From: Macrostomum lignano
Lineage: Eukaryota
Length of the DNA stretch: 64,000 nucleotides
Reading direction: 5' to 3'
Assembly: GCA_002269645.1 (NCBI GenBank)
Contig: NIVC01000759.1
Location: 186,001-250,000 of the forward strand
Shown: piece by piece, positions 20,901-33,400 of the stretch
Layout: each line of letters opens with the position of its first letter
Position numbering within the stretch: the first letter of the stretch is position 1
Position numbers and translations under genes: made by a program
The notes under the pieces: model-generated
Seen by the model: only the letters and a program-made list of their open reading frames with translations
Database searches by the model: none
Told to the model about the DNA's origin: nothing

Positions 20901-22902
20901 CACAACATTGCTAGCGCCATCGAGGAAAGTGACGGTCATCGTCTGCGGCTGAGTGCAGTTGGCTCCCGTCAGAGTCAAGTTGGTCAGGTGGTACAGGTCC
21001 ATTAGGAACACGGTCTGGAAAGAGTGTGCAGTGCTGAGCGCCACGGATGTTGAGTTGATTTGCACCGGGATCGGCTCAACCAGTCTGTATCTCTCAATCG
21101 GTGGGCACTCTGAAAGTGGCGTTATGTGTGACTTGACTGTGATCTGAAATTACTATTGGCTGGATGATATGGCAGTTTAGTTAAATTACATATACGCAAA
21201 TTTGCTTATTTTACTTCTCATGCATATGCATGAGTGAGACAGGATTTTACCATTTCTGTCCTGAACTTTCACTGTACACTCAAAGTCATGTTGTCTTCCC
21301 GCTTCATGACGACAATTCTGTTTTACACTGCAAAAGTGCATTTTCCTCACCAGCGGGCAGACCGATGAACTCGATCTTGATCGACTTGTTGCCAACGAAA
21401 TCCACCGGCGTGAGCTTCAGCACCCTGGCCTGGATGCTGCCGTGTGGCAGCGAGTAGGTCTGGTTGATCATGTCGCTGCTGTTGATGCCCGGCAGCAGAG
21501 CCGGTGCGCTGGCCCCGTAGGTCTGCAGCGACTCCAGCAAGCTGCCGTAGGCCAGGTGAAACGTCTTCACGTAGATTTCCGGCGAGTCCTGGCCGATCAC
21601 GTAGCCCCAGATGAGGTTGGCGAGGTCGAACTCGAACAGCAGGTAGTCGGAAGCGGCGAAGCCGTTGTTGCAGGACTGGTTGGCCAGGCTGGGCTCGCCG
21701 TCCGTCGACCAGCTGAGCTTCACGGCGACCGGCGGAAACTCGGCGTACGAGGCGCCCACTGCGCTGACCTGGTGCGGCCCGTAGGTCACGAGTGGCTGAT
21801 CATCGCCTGCAGGTGATTGGGACTCGCTGCAGGTGATTGGGACTCGCTGCAGGTGATTGGGACTCGCTGCATGTGATTGGGACTCGCTGCAGGTGATTGG
21901 GACTCTCTTGCAGGTGATTGGGACTCGCTGCAGGTGATTGGGACTCGCTGCATGTGATTGGGACTCGCTGCAGGTGATTGGGACTCTCTGCAGGTGATTG
22001 GGACTCGCTTGCAGGTAATTGGGACTCGCTGCAGGTGATTGGGACTCGCTTGCAGGTGATTGGGACTCGCTGCATGTGATTGGGACTCGCTTGCAGGTGA
22101 TTGGGACTCACTGCAGGTGATTGGGACTCGCTGCAGGTGATTGGGACTCGCTGCATGTGATTGGGACTCGCTGCAGGTGATTGGGACTCTCTTGCAGGTG
22201 ATTGGGACTCGCTGCAGGTGATTGGGACTCTCTTGCAGGTGATTGGGACTCGCTGCAGGTGATTGGGACTCGCTGCATGTGATTGGGACTCGCTGCAGGT
22301 GATTGGGACTCTCTTGCAGGTGATTGGGACTCGCTGCAGGTGATTGGGACTCGCTGCATGTGATTGGGACTCGCTGCAGGTGATTGAGATTCACCTGATT
22401 GGGATTCATCTTTAGGAATGGGTTTGTGAAGAGCCTTGACTCTTCTCGGACTCTCCGCCGAGAGAACTTTATTTGAAGTAAGCATTGAAAAATTTGCGCA
22501 TGTCAAAGCTGTCAAGCATCGGGCTTTTCAATATTGAAATCGACAACCTAAAATACAAAAATTCCATGGTCTCTACATGTAAAATTGACCATCTTGGAGG
22601 TTGTGGAAGGTACCTTAAACCAGCTCCTACATCTAGTGGGAAACTCAACTAAATGACTTACATGGTAGGGGATAAAAATCCGAACGATCTGACGAAAAAA
22701 CTAACCTAAATCGATTCTATTCGTAATAATCAGCCTTCAGCTACGAGTTGCGTCCTTGATGGAAGCCCCCACAACCGGTGGCGCCCCCTTGCCTCAAACT
22801 CAAAAGCCGCTTACCGAGCACGGCTGGCAACAGAAGCGCGGCAAGGCAGCAGGCCAGGAAGGCCAGCCGAGCTGATCCGGGGCTGTCGCTGCTGGATGGC
22901 AT
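17989..22902 (-). CDS. Gene A: secreted modular protein (signal peptide - F5/8C discoidin - degenerate discoidin - C-type lectin - unknown domain)
   Basis: Exons 22902-22815 (signal peptide MPSSSDSPGSARLAFLACCLAALLLPAVL), 21806-21351 (F5/8C: DYLLFEFDL, YVKTFHLAY, IQARVLKLTP, IKIEFIG), 21109-20889, 20802-20661 (TFKLHGC), 18791-18387 (CTL: CP...FNGQCYF...FC...W...VICE) and 18267-17989. All junctions are GT-AG and phase-consistent. Confidence 0.8.
19800..20300 (+). mobile_element. 3' fragment of a non-LTR retrotransposon (C-terminal CCHC knuckle), in an intron of gene A
   Basis: SHGCFARHRYL...CPFCLSRVENAEHFICEC, a pattern also seen at the end of the LINE at 39.2-40.6 kb. Confidence 0.6.
21807..22400. 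repeat. 20/21-bp minisatellite abutting the exon-2 acceptor of gene A
   Basis: Minus-strand unit cgagtcccaatcacctgcag; the last unit supplies the AG. Confidence 0.95.
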
Positions 22903-23644
22903 GGCCCGAGTTGCGGACTGGTCCCGCACTGTTTCAGTTGCTTTATCGCTGCGCAGAAAATTTTAAAACGCGTTTATCTCCTCTCTGCAGTCGGCGCGCT
23001 CCGCTCAGCCCGCAGGCCAGCTGGCGTTCCATCTTATTGCCTTCTGCCTAGGGATCGTTTGTCTTGACAACAGCCACAACAGCCCGACAAGCCCAGCTCC
23101 CCAGAGTCCCCTTAGAAGTTAGCTAGTTGTAGTTGAGTTGGAGGGGAAGAAAACTTGAAAAGCTTCCAAAACGACGCGCAGGTTAATTCAAATCAGCATA
23201 GCAACAAGCGATCAGGGCGGAGAGAGCGAGTGCAGAAAAGCACCTGACTGCACGGCAACCTGCCTGCTGTTTGGATGCAGAAACATTTCTGCCAAGAGTT
23301 TCCAAAATGATACGAGAATGTCGGCCTGCGTTCCGCATCCGTGGCTCACAGCCCAACTCTAACCCATCACTCCTGCATGGTTTGGAAGACGGCCGGCCAA
23401 GCATTAAAATTTTCTCACCAGGGCTTCAACATGCCGTCAGGAAAATCATAGTTTGAAACCAAGATGTCTAATCGAATGCGTTTAGCCAACTGCTGTAGCC
23501 TTAGAAGCCTGCATCCTCATTTTGCCGCACTACGAGCTATTGCATGTACTGTGTATGGCACTCCTGTGTTTAATGACACTTCTGTATATGGTAGCTCGTG
23601 CCTTAGGCATTCATAATCATAACTGTGCCTAATGGAACTCTATT

Positions 23645-24170
23645 ATTGTGTCTAATGCCACTCCACATTGTCTAATAGAAGTCTATATCGTGCATAATGC
23701 CACTCCACATTGTCTAATGGAACTCTATATCGTGCATAATGCCACTCCACATTGTCTAATGGAACTCTATATCGTGCATAATGCCACTCCACATTGTCTA
23801 ATGGAACTCTATATCGTGCATAATGCCACTCCACATTGTCTAATGGAACTCTATATCGTGCATAATGCCACTCCACATTGTCTAATGGAACTCTATATCG
23901 TGCATAATGCCACTCCACATTGTCTAATGGAACTCTATATCGTGCATAATGCCACTCCACATTGTCTAATGGAACTCTATATCGTGCATAATGCCACTCC
24001 ACATTGTCTAATGGAACTCTATATCGTGCATAATGCCACTCCACATTGTCTAATAGAACTCTATATCGTGCATAATGCCACTCCACATTGTCTAATGGAA
24101 CTCTATATCGTGCATAATGCCACTCCACATTGTCTAATGGAACTCTATATCGTGCATGCCACTCCACATG
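23645..24170. repeat. 42-bp minisatellite, ~12 copies
   Basis: Unit aatgccactccacattgtctaatggaactctatatcgtgcat. Confidence 0.95.
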
Positions 24171-24433
24171 GTGTACAATGGGCACTCCGTGTTATTTCCA
24201 ATGGCACCGAGATGGTAATTTTTATTAAAGGCGCAACATGAAGGCAACAGCTGCAAATATTTTTGCTTCCAAAACTCTGGCCAGCTGCAAGGCCACCGGC
24301 AATCAGAAAAACTGCAGCCTTCGCTTACAAACTTCGAGTATATTTCATTTCTCAGGCATCAAGCAAATTTATTCGAAATCAGCAAACAGAGCCACCGCCT
24401 TCACTCAAATCGGTTCTTCAGCACCGCGGCTGC

Positions 24434-25655
24434 TCAGGCCACCAGCACGCAGGAGCCGCCAACTGACTTGATCTTCTCCTCGGCCTTCTTGCTGAAGAAT
24501 TTCGCCTTCACGATCACCGGCACCTTCGGCATGTTGCCCTTGCCCAGCACCTTGAAGAAGCCCTGCGAGCGCGATGACGGTTGGAGCGGGTTTAATAACA
24601 CCCCGTGTTTACCACCTGACAGTCTGACACCCCGTGTTTACCACCTGACAGTCTGACACCCCGTGTTTACCACCTGACAGTCTAACAACACCCTGTGTTT
24701 ACCAACTGACAGTCTGACACCCCGTGTTTACCAACTGACAGTCTAACAACACCCTGTGTTTACCAACTGACAGTCTGACACCCCGTGTTTACCACCTGAC
24801 AGTCTGACACCCCGCGTTTACCACCTGACAGTCTGACACCCCGTGTTTACCAACTGACAGTCTGACACCCCGTGTTTACCACCTGACAGTCTGACACCCC
24901 GTGCTTATCACCTGTCAAACTGATATTTAACACACCTGACACCTGATATTTAGCACACCTGACACCTGATATTTAGCACACCTGACATCTGATATTTAGC
25001 ACACCTGACACCTGATATTTAGCACACCTGACACCTGATATTTAGCACACCTGACATCTGATATTTAGCACACCTGACACCTGATATTTGGCACACTTGA
25101 CACGTACTTAGCACACCTGACACCTGATATTTAGCACACCTGACATCTGATATTTAGCACACCTGACACCTGATATTTAGCACACCTGACACCTGATATT
25201 TAGCACACCTGACATCTGATATTTAGCACACTTGACACCTATTTAGCACACCTGATGACACCTCAAATCCAGCACCATCTACACCCAGTAAAAAATTTAA
25301 TCACAATTTAGAAACCTCAAACTCGACTTACCGCCTGCAAGCAGTCAATAACGGGCACTTTGCCCTCTTTGTTTCCATCCTTATACTTGTCGTAAGTCTG
25401 CTGGGAGACCAGAGACCAGAGCTTGTCAGTGTTGACAGCCGGGCAGTAGTAGGGATTCCGCCTGAGATGGAAGTGGCGCATGCCAACCTTGCCAAAGTAG
25501 CCGGGGTGGTACTTGTCAAAGTTGGTGCGGTGGTGGTGGGCGCCGCCGGCGTTACCGCGGCCGCTGGGGTGCTTGCGGTGCTTGCCGATCCGGCCGTGGC
25601 CGTGCGACACGTGGCCGCGCAGCTTGCGGGTCTTTGTGGGCTTCAGCTTGGACAT
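24434..25655 (-). CDS. RPL27A: 60S ribosomal protein L27a (uL15), 2 exons, 150 aa
   Basis: Exons 25655-25332 and 24562-24434: [36 protein letters not shown]...[12 protein letters not shown]...[27 protein letters not shown] at 24373-24368. Confidence 0.98.
24595..25255. repeat. Two adjacent intronic minisatellites in RPL27A (29-bp and 23-bp units)
   Basis: ccccgtgtttaccacctgacagtctgaca (24595-24915) and ctgatatttagcacacctgacac (24920-25255). Confidence 0.95.
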
Positions 25656-25996
25656 GGCGGCTGGGGCTGAAGTCGGGCGATCGGAGCGATTTTCATTGCG
25701 TGTATACTGATTATGTTTAACAGAAAGAATACCACAACTATATCATGCCAAAAATAATTTACATACTTCTATGGCATGCCTCACATGTCTCAAAAAACAT
25801 CCATGGGGATGCAGCCTAATGGTCTAGCACTCTTATGTTCCTATGGGCAAGGCTCAATTCCATGTGCAGTCACATTAATCTGGGGCTAAATTAGAATCTC
25901 AGCTTGGTTATAGTTGTGCAGTTAATTCCTTTGTTTCCTAGCCCCCAAGGAACAGTGAAGTGTACATGCTTAATAGTTAGGGCTGCTGCTAAACAC

Positions 25997-26610
25997 AGTG
26001 GTGCAACCAGGAGGGGCGGGCGGTTGCCTCACCCCCTTAGGTGGAGACCAGAAAAAAATCAAAGGGGGGGCCAAGCCAATTTTCGATAAAATACAGAGCC
26101 GCACCCCCTCCGCCCCCTTGGGTCTTTACCCTCCAGAATCCGCCTCATTGGGTCCTTACCCTCCAGAATCTGCCCCTTGTGTCCTTACCCTCCAGAATCC
26201 GCCCCCCCCCTTGGGTCCTTACCCTCCAGAATCCGCCCCCTTGGGTCCTTACCCTCCAGAATCCGCCCCCTTGGGTCCTTACCCTCCAGAATCCGCCCCT
26301 TGGGTCCTTACCCTCCAGAATCCGCCCCCTTAGGTCCTTACCCTCCAGAATCCGCCCCCTGGGTCCTTACCCTCCAGAATCCGCCCCCCCCCCTTGGGAC
26401 CTTACCCTCCAGAATCCGCCCCCCTTGGGTCCTTACCCTCCAAAATCCGCCTCCTTGGGTCCTTACCCTCCAGAATCCGCCCCCCCCTTGGGTCCCTACC
26501 CTCCAGAATCCGCCCCCCCCCTTGGGTCCTTACCCTCCAGAATCCGCCCCCTTGGGTCTTTACCCTCCAGAATCTGCCCCCTTGGGTCTTTAGTAATAAT
26601 GTCTCTTGCC
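25997..26610. mobile_element. MITE-like element (CAGTGGTGCAACCAG start) with an internal ~30-bp minisatellite expansion
   Basis: Homologous to 58089-58290 and ~34870-35620. The unit ttgggtccttaccctccagaatccgccccc is amplified over 26120-26590. Confidence 0.65.
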
Positions 26611-26888
26611 AGCTATATGGCAATCTAAAGTTGCCTAATATTAAAAACAGGTTACATATAGCCCTATATACATAATAGTTACATATAGCCTCAGATTTAA
26701 TATTTAAAATATTTTATACTAATAGAGAAAAAAATGAGACATTGGCTATAGAAAAAAGCAATATTAATAGCATTTATAGCCTTTATATATTATATTAAAC
26801 TTACATTGACTTTGCTGATCTTGCTACAATTTTCGGGCTATTCTTGCTATATTAGATTAAAGTGATAAAGCATTATATATAACATAGA

Positions 26889-27521
26889 CAAGCTGTTGAA
26901 ACCCGCGGATTTTGAACCCGGGGAATTCCAATCCCCGGAACTATTTTTGCATGTATTCTAAAATCTAAAGTCATTCTCAAACAAAAAATTGTTAATAGTT
27001 AGTAGGATAGAAGGTAAACATAAAATGGAGCACATTCGTGTAAAATTAGAATTTGAGGCAAACATTGATCTTGTTGGCTGGCGTGCTGCGCAGAATGTCA
27101 AGCAATGTCTGCCTGACTCTAAAACATGTATTGGCAAACTCTGGCCTCTGCCTCACCCTGCCTCCCTTGGATCCTTTGAAACATCTATCTTCTCTTCTGT
27201 TTCCTCTTTTCTCTCTCGTCCCTCCTCTCTCCTCTCATCTCTTCTCTTTCATCTCACTTATCTCACATATTCTCTCTCTTCTCTCTCTCTACTCTTTTCT
27301 CTCTCCTATCTCCCCCTCTTCTCTCGTCTCTTCCTTCTCCTCTCTATTCTTTCCTCTCTTCTCTCTCGTCTGCTCTCTCATCTCTCATTTCTCCTCTTTT
27401 ATCTTTTCTCATTTTTCACTGCTCTCTACTCTCTCTTCTCTCTCCACTCTTCTCATTCCTCACTCTCCCCTCTCTTAACACTTCCCTCTTCTCTCTACTT
27501 TCTTATCTCTCTTTTCTACTC

Positions 27522-27599
<78 letters not shown>

Positions 27600-29145
27600 C
27601 TTTCCTCTTTCCTCTCTCCCTCTTCTCTCGTCTCTTCCCTCACCTCTCTACTCTCTCGTCTTTGCTCTCTCATCTCTTCTCATTCCTCTCTGCTCTCCTC
27701 TCTCTCTCTCCCTCTCTTCCTTTCTCTCTTATCTCTCCTCTTCCGTCTCTCTTCTCCTCTACTCTTTCCCCTCTCCATTCTCCTCTTTCCTCTCCTCTCT
27801 CCTCACTCACTTCTCTCTCCCCACTCACTTCTCTCTCCCTTTGTCTCTCCTCTCTCCTCTTGTAATCTCTCCTCTGTTCTCTCTACTCTCCCATCTCTCG
27901 TCTGTTCACTCTCGTCTCTGCTCTCTCACCCTCTTTCATTTGTCATCTTTACTGTATCATATTTTCTCTCACCTCTCTCCTCTGTACTCTTTTCTTTTCC
28001 CTCTTTCGACTCCTCACTTTCCTTTCTCTCCTTTCTTCTCTCTCTCTTCTCTTCCTTCTTCTATACTCTCTTCCTCTCTTGTCTCTCCTCCTTTATCTCT
28101 CATTTCTCATCTCTCCTTACACCTCTCTCATCTCTACAACCTTATCTCTTCTCTCTTCCCTTTAATCTCTTATCTCTCCTTTCACCTCTCTACTCTCTGT
28201 TCTCCTCTCTCCTGTCTCCTCTCATCTGCAGCTCTTTGCTCTCTCATCTCTACTCCCTTCTCTCTCCTCTCTACTCGCTCCTCTTATCTCTCTCATGTCG
28301 CTTCTCTTTTCCCCTCTTCTCCCCCCTCTCTCTCTCATCGTCCTCAACCCCTCATCCCTCCTATTATCTTCTATCTTTTCTCTTATCCCCTCTCTCGCCT
28401 CTCCTCTCTTTTCGGATTGTCCATTTCTTCTTTTTTCCACTTACATCTGCCCCTCAGCCATGAGCTGGATTCTTTATCTGGCCTTTAAGTTAAAATTCTG
28501 CCCATCCATGCTTGGAAAGCCAGTTTGTGGGACGTAGTACTCTCATGGTTGCTCTCATGCTTTGATCATGTCATCTTTCTTGCCAATTTGCAGCCCTGAA
28601 AGGAAATTGTGTATCTTTAGCTCCACTGCAGTCTGCATCAGTCTAACAACCAAGGAAATATGCATTTCTTAGGAGGCCATTTAAATTTTAAAGTACTTTT
28701 AACAGAAACTTAAAATTTCCATAGTGTGACTAATTTAGTAGGGTTGTATTGGATTGCAATGCCTTTTCATAAATCTTTCGCTTTTAAAAACCATGCTGGA
28801 TTCCCTTGATTTGCCAATTGCCAATTGACAGAGAATAAGTCAATGAAAAAAATGTGTCAAGTTTAAAGTCAATTGCTTTATGGGGAGCAAAATTTTGGCA
28901 GCTGAAAGTTAGTCAATTTTGAAACCCCTTTTATATATATCTGGACCTCGATAAGGAAAGAGAAGCAGATAGGTGGAAGTTGGGATGGCTATCTTGCTGA
29001 CAAAAAATAGCCTAATTTTAAAAATGCATAGTGCTGTTCAAGATTAACTTTAAGACTCTAAATTTTACATGATTATGTCAAATTAGTTGAAGATTGTCTG
29101 TCAAATTTGAAAATAATCAGTAGAAGTGGAGTGGCCCTATGGAAG
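26889..29145 (+). mobile_element. Interspersed repeat with CT-rich interior (Helentron-associated/DINE-like), copy 1, 3' truncated
   Basis: Starts caagctgttgaaacccgcgg like 54760. The flanks of the CT-rich core are collinear with copy 2. Confidence 0.6.
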
Positions 29146-29889
29146 ATACTCTCTTTCTACTATTAATATTAATTAGCAACTTAATAGCTATTATTAATAA
29201 TATACTAATTATTTTTAACCAAACAAATTCATAAACACTGATATAATAATAGATTTGAAACTAATTACTTATAATAAAAAAACTTTAATCTTTTTCAATG
29301 TTTATACCAATTTATTCCTTATCATTATATCTATTAAATCTATTAATATCATTATCTATGTATCAAAAAAGCATTGCTAGGCCCCTATAAAATTTTATCA
29401 AGAAAGCATTGCTTAAATATGCTATTAATAATTCTATATAAAAAATGGGATAAAGATGCAAATGGGTATTTAATCTTTTGTGCTAGGCTACTTGATTTAT
29501 TAATTAGATTATTATTTAAAGGTCAGGCTATGCTGTACAATAAAAGTTAAAACCATAAAAAGAATGCTTTTAAAATAGGCCCCCTAATATAATTCTATTA
29601 TATAATATTGGCACATGACTAAGACTGCAACATACCAAGACTGCCATAGCTATTACTGAATAGGCCTACTAGTATTGAGGGGGAGCTAAAACTAATCTTC
29701 TAGCATTGCTATTCCTCACATAGGTTTATCTCTCACAGCCTTGTCTTACTGGCTTTCCTATCTACTTATCTCTTCTTTAGCACCATCCAATAACACATTG
29801 AGCCAAATTCCTCCCCCAGCTCCTCAAGTGTGGCAGTCTTAGTATGTGGCAGTCTTGGTCCTATACCATAATATCTATTTCCCCAAGAC

Positions 29890-30110
29890 TTGAAGATCCA
29901 ATATACTAAAAATGGTCTGTCGGTATGTGTGTGTGTGTGTATGTGTGTGTGTGTGATTGATTTTAGCAAAAACGGCTCAACCGATTTTCTTCGAACTTGC
30001 ACTGTTCGATCAGAAATTTTCCCGTGACAGTACATGCATCGTGGCTAAGAAATTGCTTGATGCTAAAGGGATTAAATATTCGAAAAACATGCTTTTTTGC
30101 AAAGGTCAAG
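29890..30110 (-). mobile_element. Probable 3' end of a DINE/HINE-like element
   Basis: On the minus strand: aaatttctgatcgaacagtgcaagttcgaagaaaatcggttgagccg, a (CA)n tract, then cagaccatttttagtatattggat. Confidence 0.45.
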
Positions 30111-30589
30111 CAGCTCTTTCGACTTGAAATGCATCGTAAGAATGCTAGCAGAAAAACTGACTGGTTGAATTCTGATTCTGAAATAGATTGCATCACAATA
30201 CACTTTATTTATCGTCTGTGTACTGGCTGAATTTGACACTCAATTGAATTGCGTCACAGCTTTGAGTGTGAAATCATAGTGCAGTACTGAATTTATATTA
30301 CGTAACCATATTGTAAACTTTCATAGACACTGGTACTGACTTGCCTAAGAAATTGATTATGTCATAACTGCTTCGTGAGACTTTTTACTCTACCTGACTT
30401 GGTGTGAGTGTTGAATTATATAAGTGGTACAACATCACTGATAACTTCGATGAGAGCTAGCCTAGAGCTGAACAGACCAGACTGCTAATGCAGCGACCTA
30501 GGTTCGAATCTAAGTAGTTTAAAAGTAGTAGTGTAAAATTTTTTATTAAAAGGTTTTATTAAAGGACTAAATAAAAACACTTAGATTAC

Positions 30590-32895
30590 TGCACTCGATA
30601 AGCCAAGGATTATTGCTATTAATAAACCAAGGACTACTGCACTCGATAAACCAAGGACTATTGCTCTTGGCAAACCAAAGATTACTGCACTTGATTAATC
30701 AAGGATTATTGCTATTAATAAACCAAGGATTACGGCACTTGGAAAACCAAGGATTACTGCACTCGATAAACCAAGGACTATTGCTCTTGGCAAACCAAGG
30801 ATTACTGCACTCAAGAAGCCAAGAATTATTGCACTTGGAAAACCAAGGATTAATGCACTCGATAAACCAAGGACTATTGCTCTTGGCAAACCAAGGATTA
30901 CTGCACTCAAGAAGCCAAGGATTATTGCTATTAATAAACCAAGGATTACTGCACTTGGAAAACCAAGGATTACTGCACTCGATAAACCAAGGACTATTGC
31001 TCTTGGCAAACCAAGGATTACTGCACTCAAGAAGCCAAGGATTATTGCACTTGGAAAACCAAGGATTACTGCACTCGATAAACCAAGGACTATTGCACTT
31101 GATAGGCCAAAGATTACTGCGCTTGATAAACCAAGGATTATTGCACTTGATAAACCAAGGATTATTGCACTTGATAAGCCAAGGATTACTGCGCTTGATA
31201 AACCAAGGATTATTGCACTTGATAAACAAAGGATTATTGCACTTGATAAACAAAGGATTATTGCACTTGATAAACAAAGGATTATTGCACTTGATAAACC
31301 AAGGATTATTGCACTTGATAAGCCAAGGATTATTGCACTTGATAAGCCATGGATTATTGCACTTGATAGTAAAGAATGTTGCACTTGATAAGCCAAGGAT
31401 TAATGCACTGGATTATTCAAGGATTATTGATATTAATAAACCAAGGATTACTGCACTTGGAAAACTAAGGATTACTGCACTCGATGAACCAAAGACTATT
31501 GCACTTGATAAACCAAGGATTATTGCACTTGATAGGCCAAGGATTACTACACTTGATAAACCAAGGATTATTGCACTTGATAGGCCAAAGATTACTGCGC
31601 TTGATAAACCAAGGATTATTGCACTTGATAAGCCAAGGATTATTGCACTTGATAAACCAAGGATTATTGCAGTTGATAAGCCAAGGATTATTGCATCTGA
31701 TAAACCAAAGATTATTGCACTTGATAAACCAAGGATTATTGCACTTGATAAACCAAGGATTATTGCACTTGATAGGCCAAAGATTACTGCGCTTGATAAA
31801 CCAAGGATTATTGCACTTGATAAACCAAGGATTATTGCAGTTGATAAGCCAAGGATTATTGCATCTGATAAACCAAGGATTATTGCAGTTGATAAGCCAA
31901 GGATTATTGCATCTGATAAACCAAGGATTATTGCACTTGATAAACCAAGGATTATTGCACTTGATAAACCAATGATTATTGCACTTGATAAACCAAGGAT
32001 TATTGCTCTTGGCAAACCAAGGATTACTGCACTCGATAAGCCAAGGATTATTGCTCTTAATAAACCAAGGATTACTGCACTTGGAAAACTAAGGATTACT
32101 GCACTCGATAAACTAAGGATTATTGCTCTTGGCAAACCAAGGATTATTGCACTTGATAGGCCAAGGATTACTGCACTTGATAAACCAAGGATTATTGCAC
32201 TTGATAAACCAAGGACTATTGCACTTGATAGGCCAAGGATTACTGCGCTTGATAAACCAAGGACTATTGCACTTGATAAACCAAGGATTATTGCAGTTGA
32301 TAAGCCAAGGATTATTGCACTTGATAAACCAAGGATTATTGCACTTGATAAACCAAGGATTATTGCACTTGATAAACCAAGGATTATTGCACTTGATAGG
32401 CCAAGGATTACTGCACTTGATAAACCAAGGATTATTGCACTTGATAGGCCAAAGATTACTGCGCTTGATAAACCAAGGATTATTGCAGTTGATAAGCCAA
32501 GGATTATTGCACTTGATAAACCAAGGATTATTTCACTTGATAAACCAAGGATTATTGCACTTGATAAACAAATATTGCACTTGATAAACCAAGGATTATT
32601 GCACCTGATAAGCCAAGGATTACTGCGCTAGATAAACCAAGGATTATTGCACTTGATAAACCAAGGATTATTGCACTTAATAAACCAAGGATTATTGCAC
32701 TTGATAAACCAAGGATTATTGCACTTGATAAACAAAGGATTATTGCACTTGATAAACCAAGGATTATTGCACTTGATAAGCCAAAGATTACTGCACTTGA
32801 TAAACCAAGGATTATTGCACTTGATAAACCAAGGATTATTGCACTTGATTAATCAAGGATTATTGCTATTAATAAACCAAGGATTATTGCACTAG
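30590..32895. repeat. 24-bp minisatellite, ~95 copies with variant units
   Basis: Unit gataaaccaaggattattgcactt. The long ORFs in several frames come from the repeat. Confidence 0.95.
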
Positions 32896-33029
32896 CTGAG
32901 AAGCTGATTACTGCGCTGTCTAAAAAAGAGATTATTGCGCTCGCTGAGACGTGGATTGTTGCACAACCTGAGAAAGCGATTATTGCATTAGCGGAAGTAA
33001 CATTTGCACTAGCTACTTGCTGTCTCGTG

Positions 33030-33400
33030 GATGCTTGCTCTCGAGGGGGGATACTTGCTATTTGGGAGAGGGGGTACTGGCTACATGCATGGGATTCTTT
33101 CTATCCAGGGATGCTTGCTATTCAGGGATTCTTGCTATCTGCAGGATGCTTGCTATCTGCAGGATGCTTGCTATCTGGGTGGATGCTTCTATAATATCTG
33201 GGGGGTGCTTGCTATCTGCAGGATGCTTCTATAATATCTGGGGGTGCTTGATATCTGCAGAATGCTTGCTATCTGAGTGGATGCTTGCTATCTGGGTGGA
33301 TGCTTCTATAATATCTGGGGGGTGCTTGCTAATCTGCAGATGCTTGCTATCTGTGGTGATTCTTGCTATGAGCATTAGAGGATGCTTGCTATCTGCGATT
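33030..33400. repeat. Degenerate ~16-18-bp tandem repeat
   Basis: ggatgcttgctatctg is repeated. Confidence 0.85.

Noticed and set aside
21786-22515. SPNHLQRVPITC repeat ORFs as a repetitive protein domain
   Set aside because: The 20-bp unit is not a multiple of 3 and a clean phase-1 acceptor follows the array, so it is intronic.
23645-24170. 42-bp array as CRISPR or coding repeat
   Set aside because: There are no unique spacers and the context is eukaryotic. The ORFs on both strands have no splice or start support.
26989-28488. 499-aa Ser/Leu-rich ORF, and similar ORFs at 54895-56401 and 60879-61557
   Set aside because: These arise from CT-rich low-complexity DNA that lacks stop codons, and they lie inside repeat elements.
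30470-30515. tRNA-like B-box (ggttcgaatc), also ggttcgattcc near 6150
   Set aside because: No cloverleaf can be folded; at most a SINE relic.
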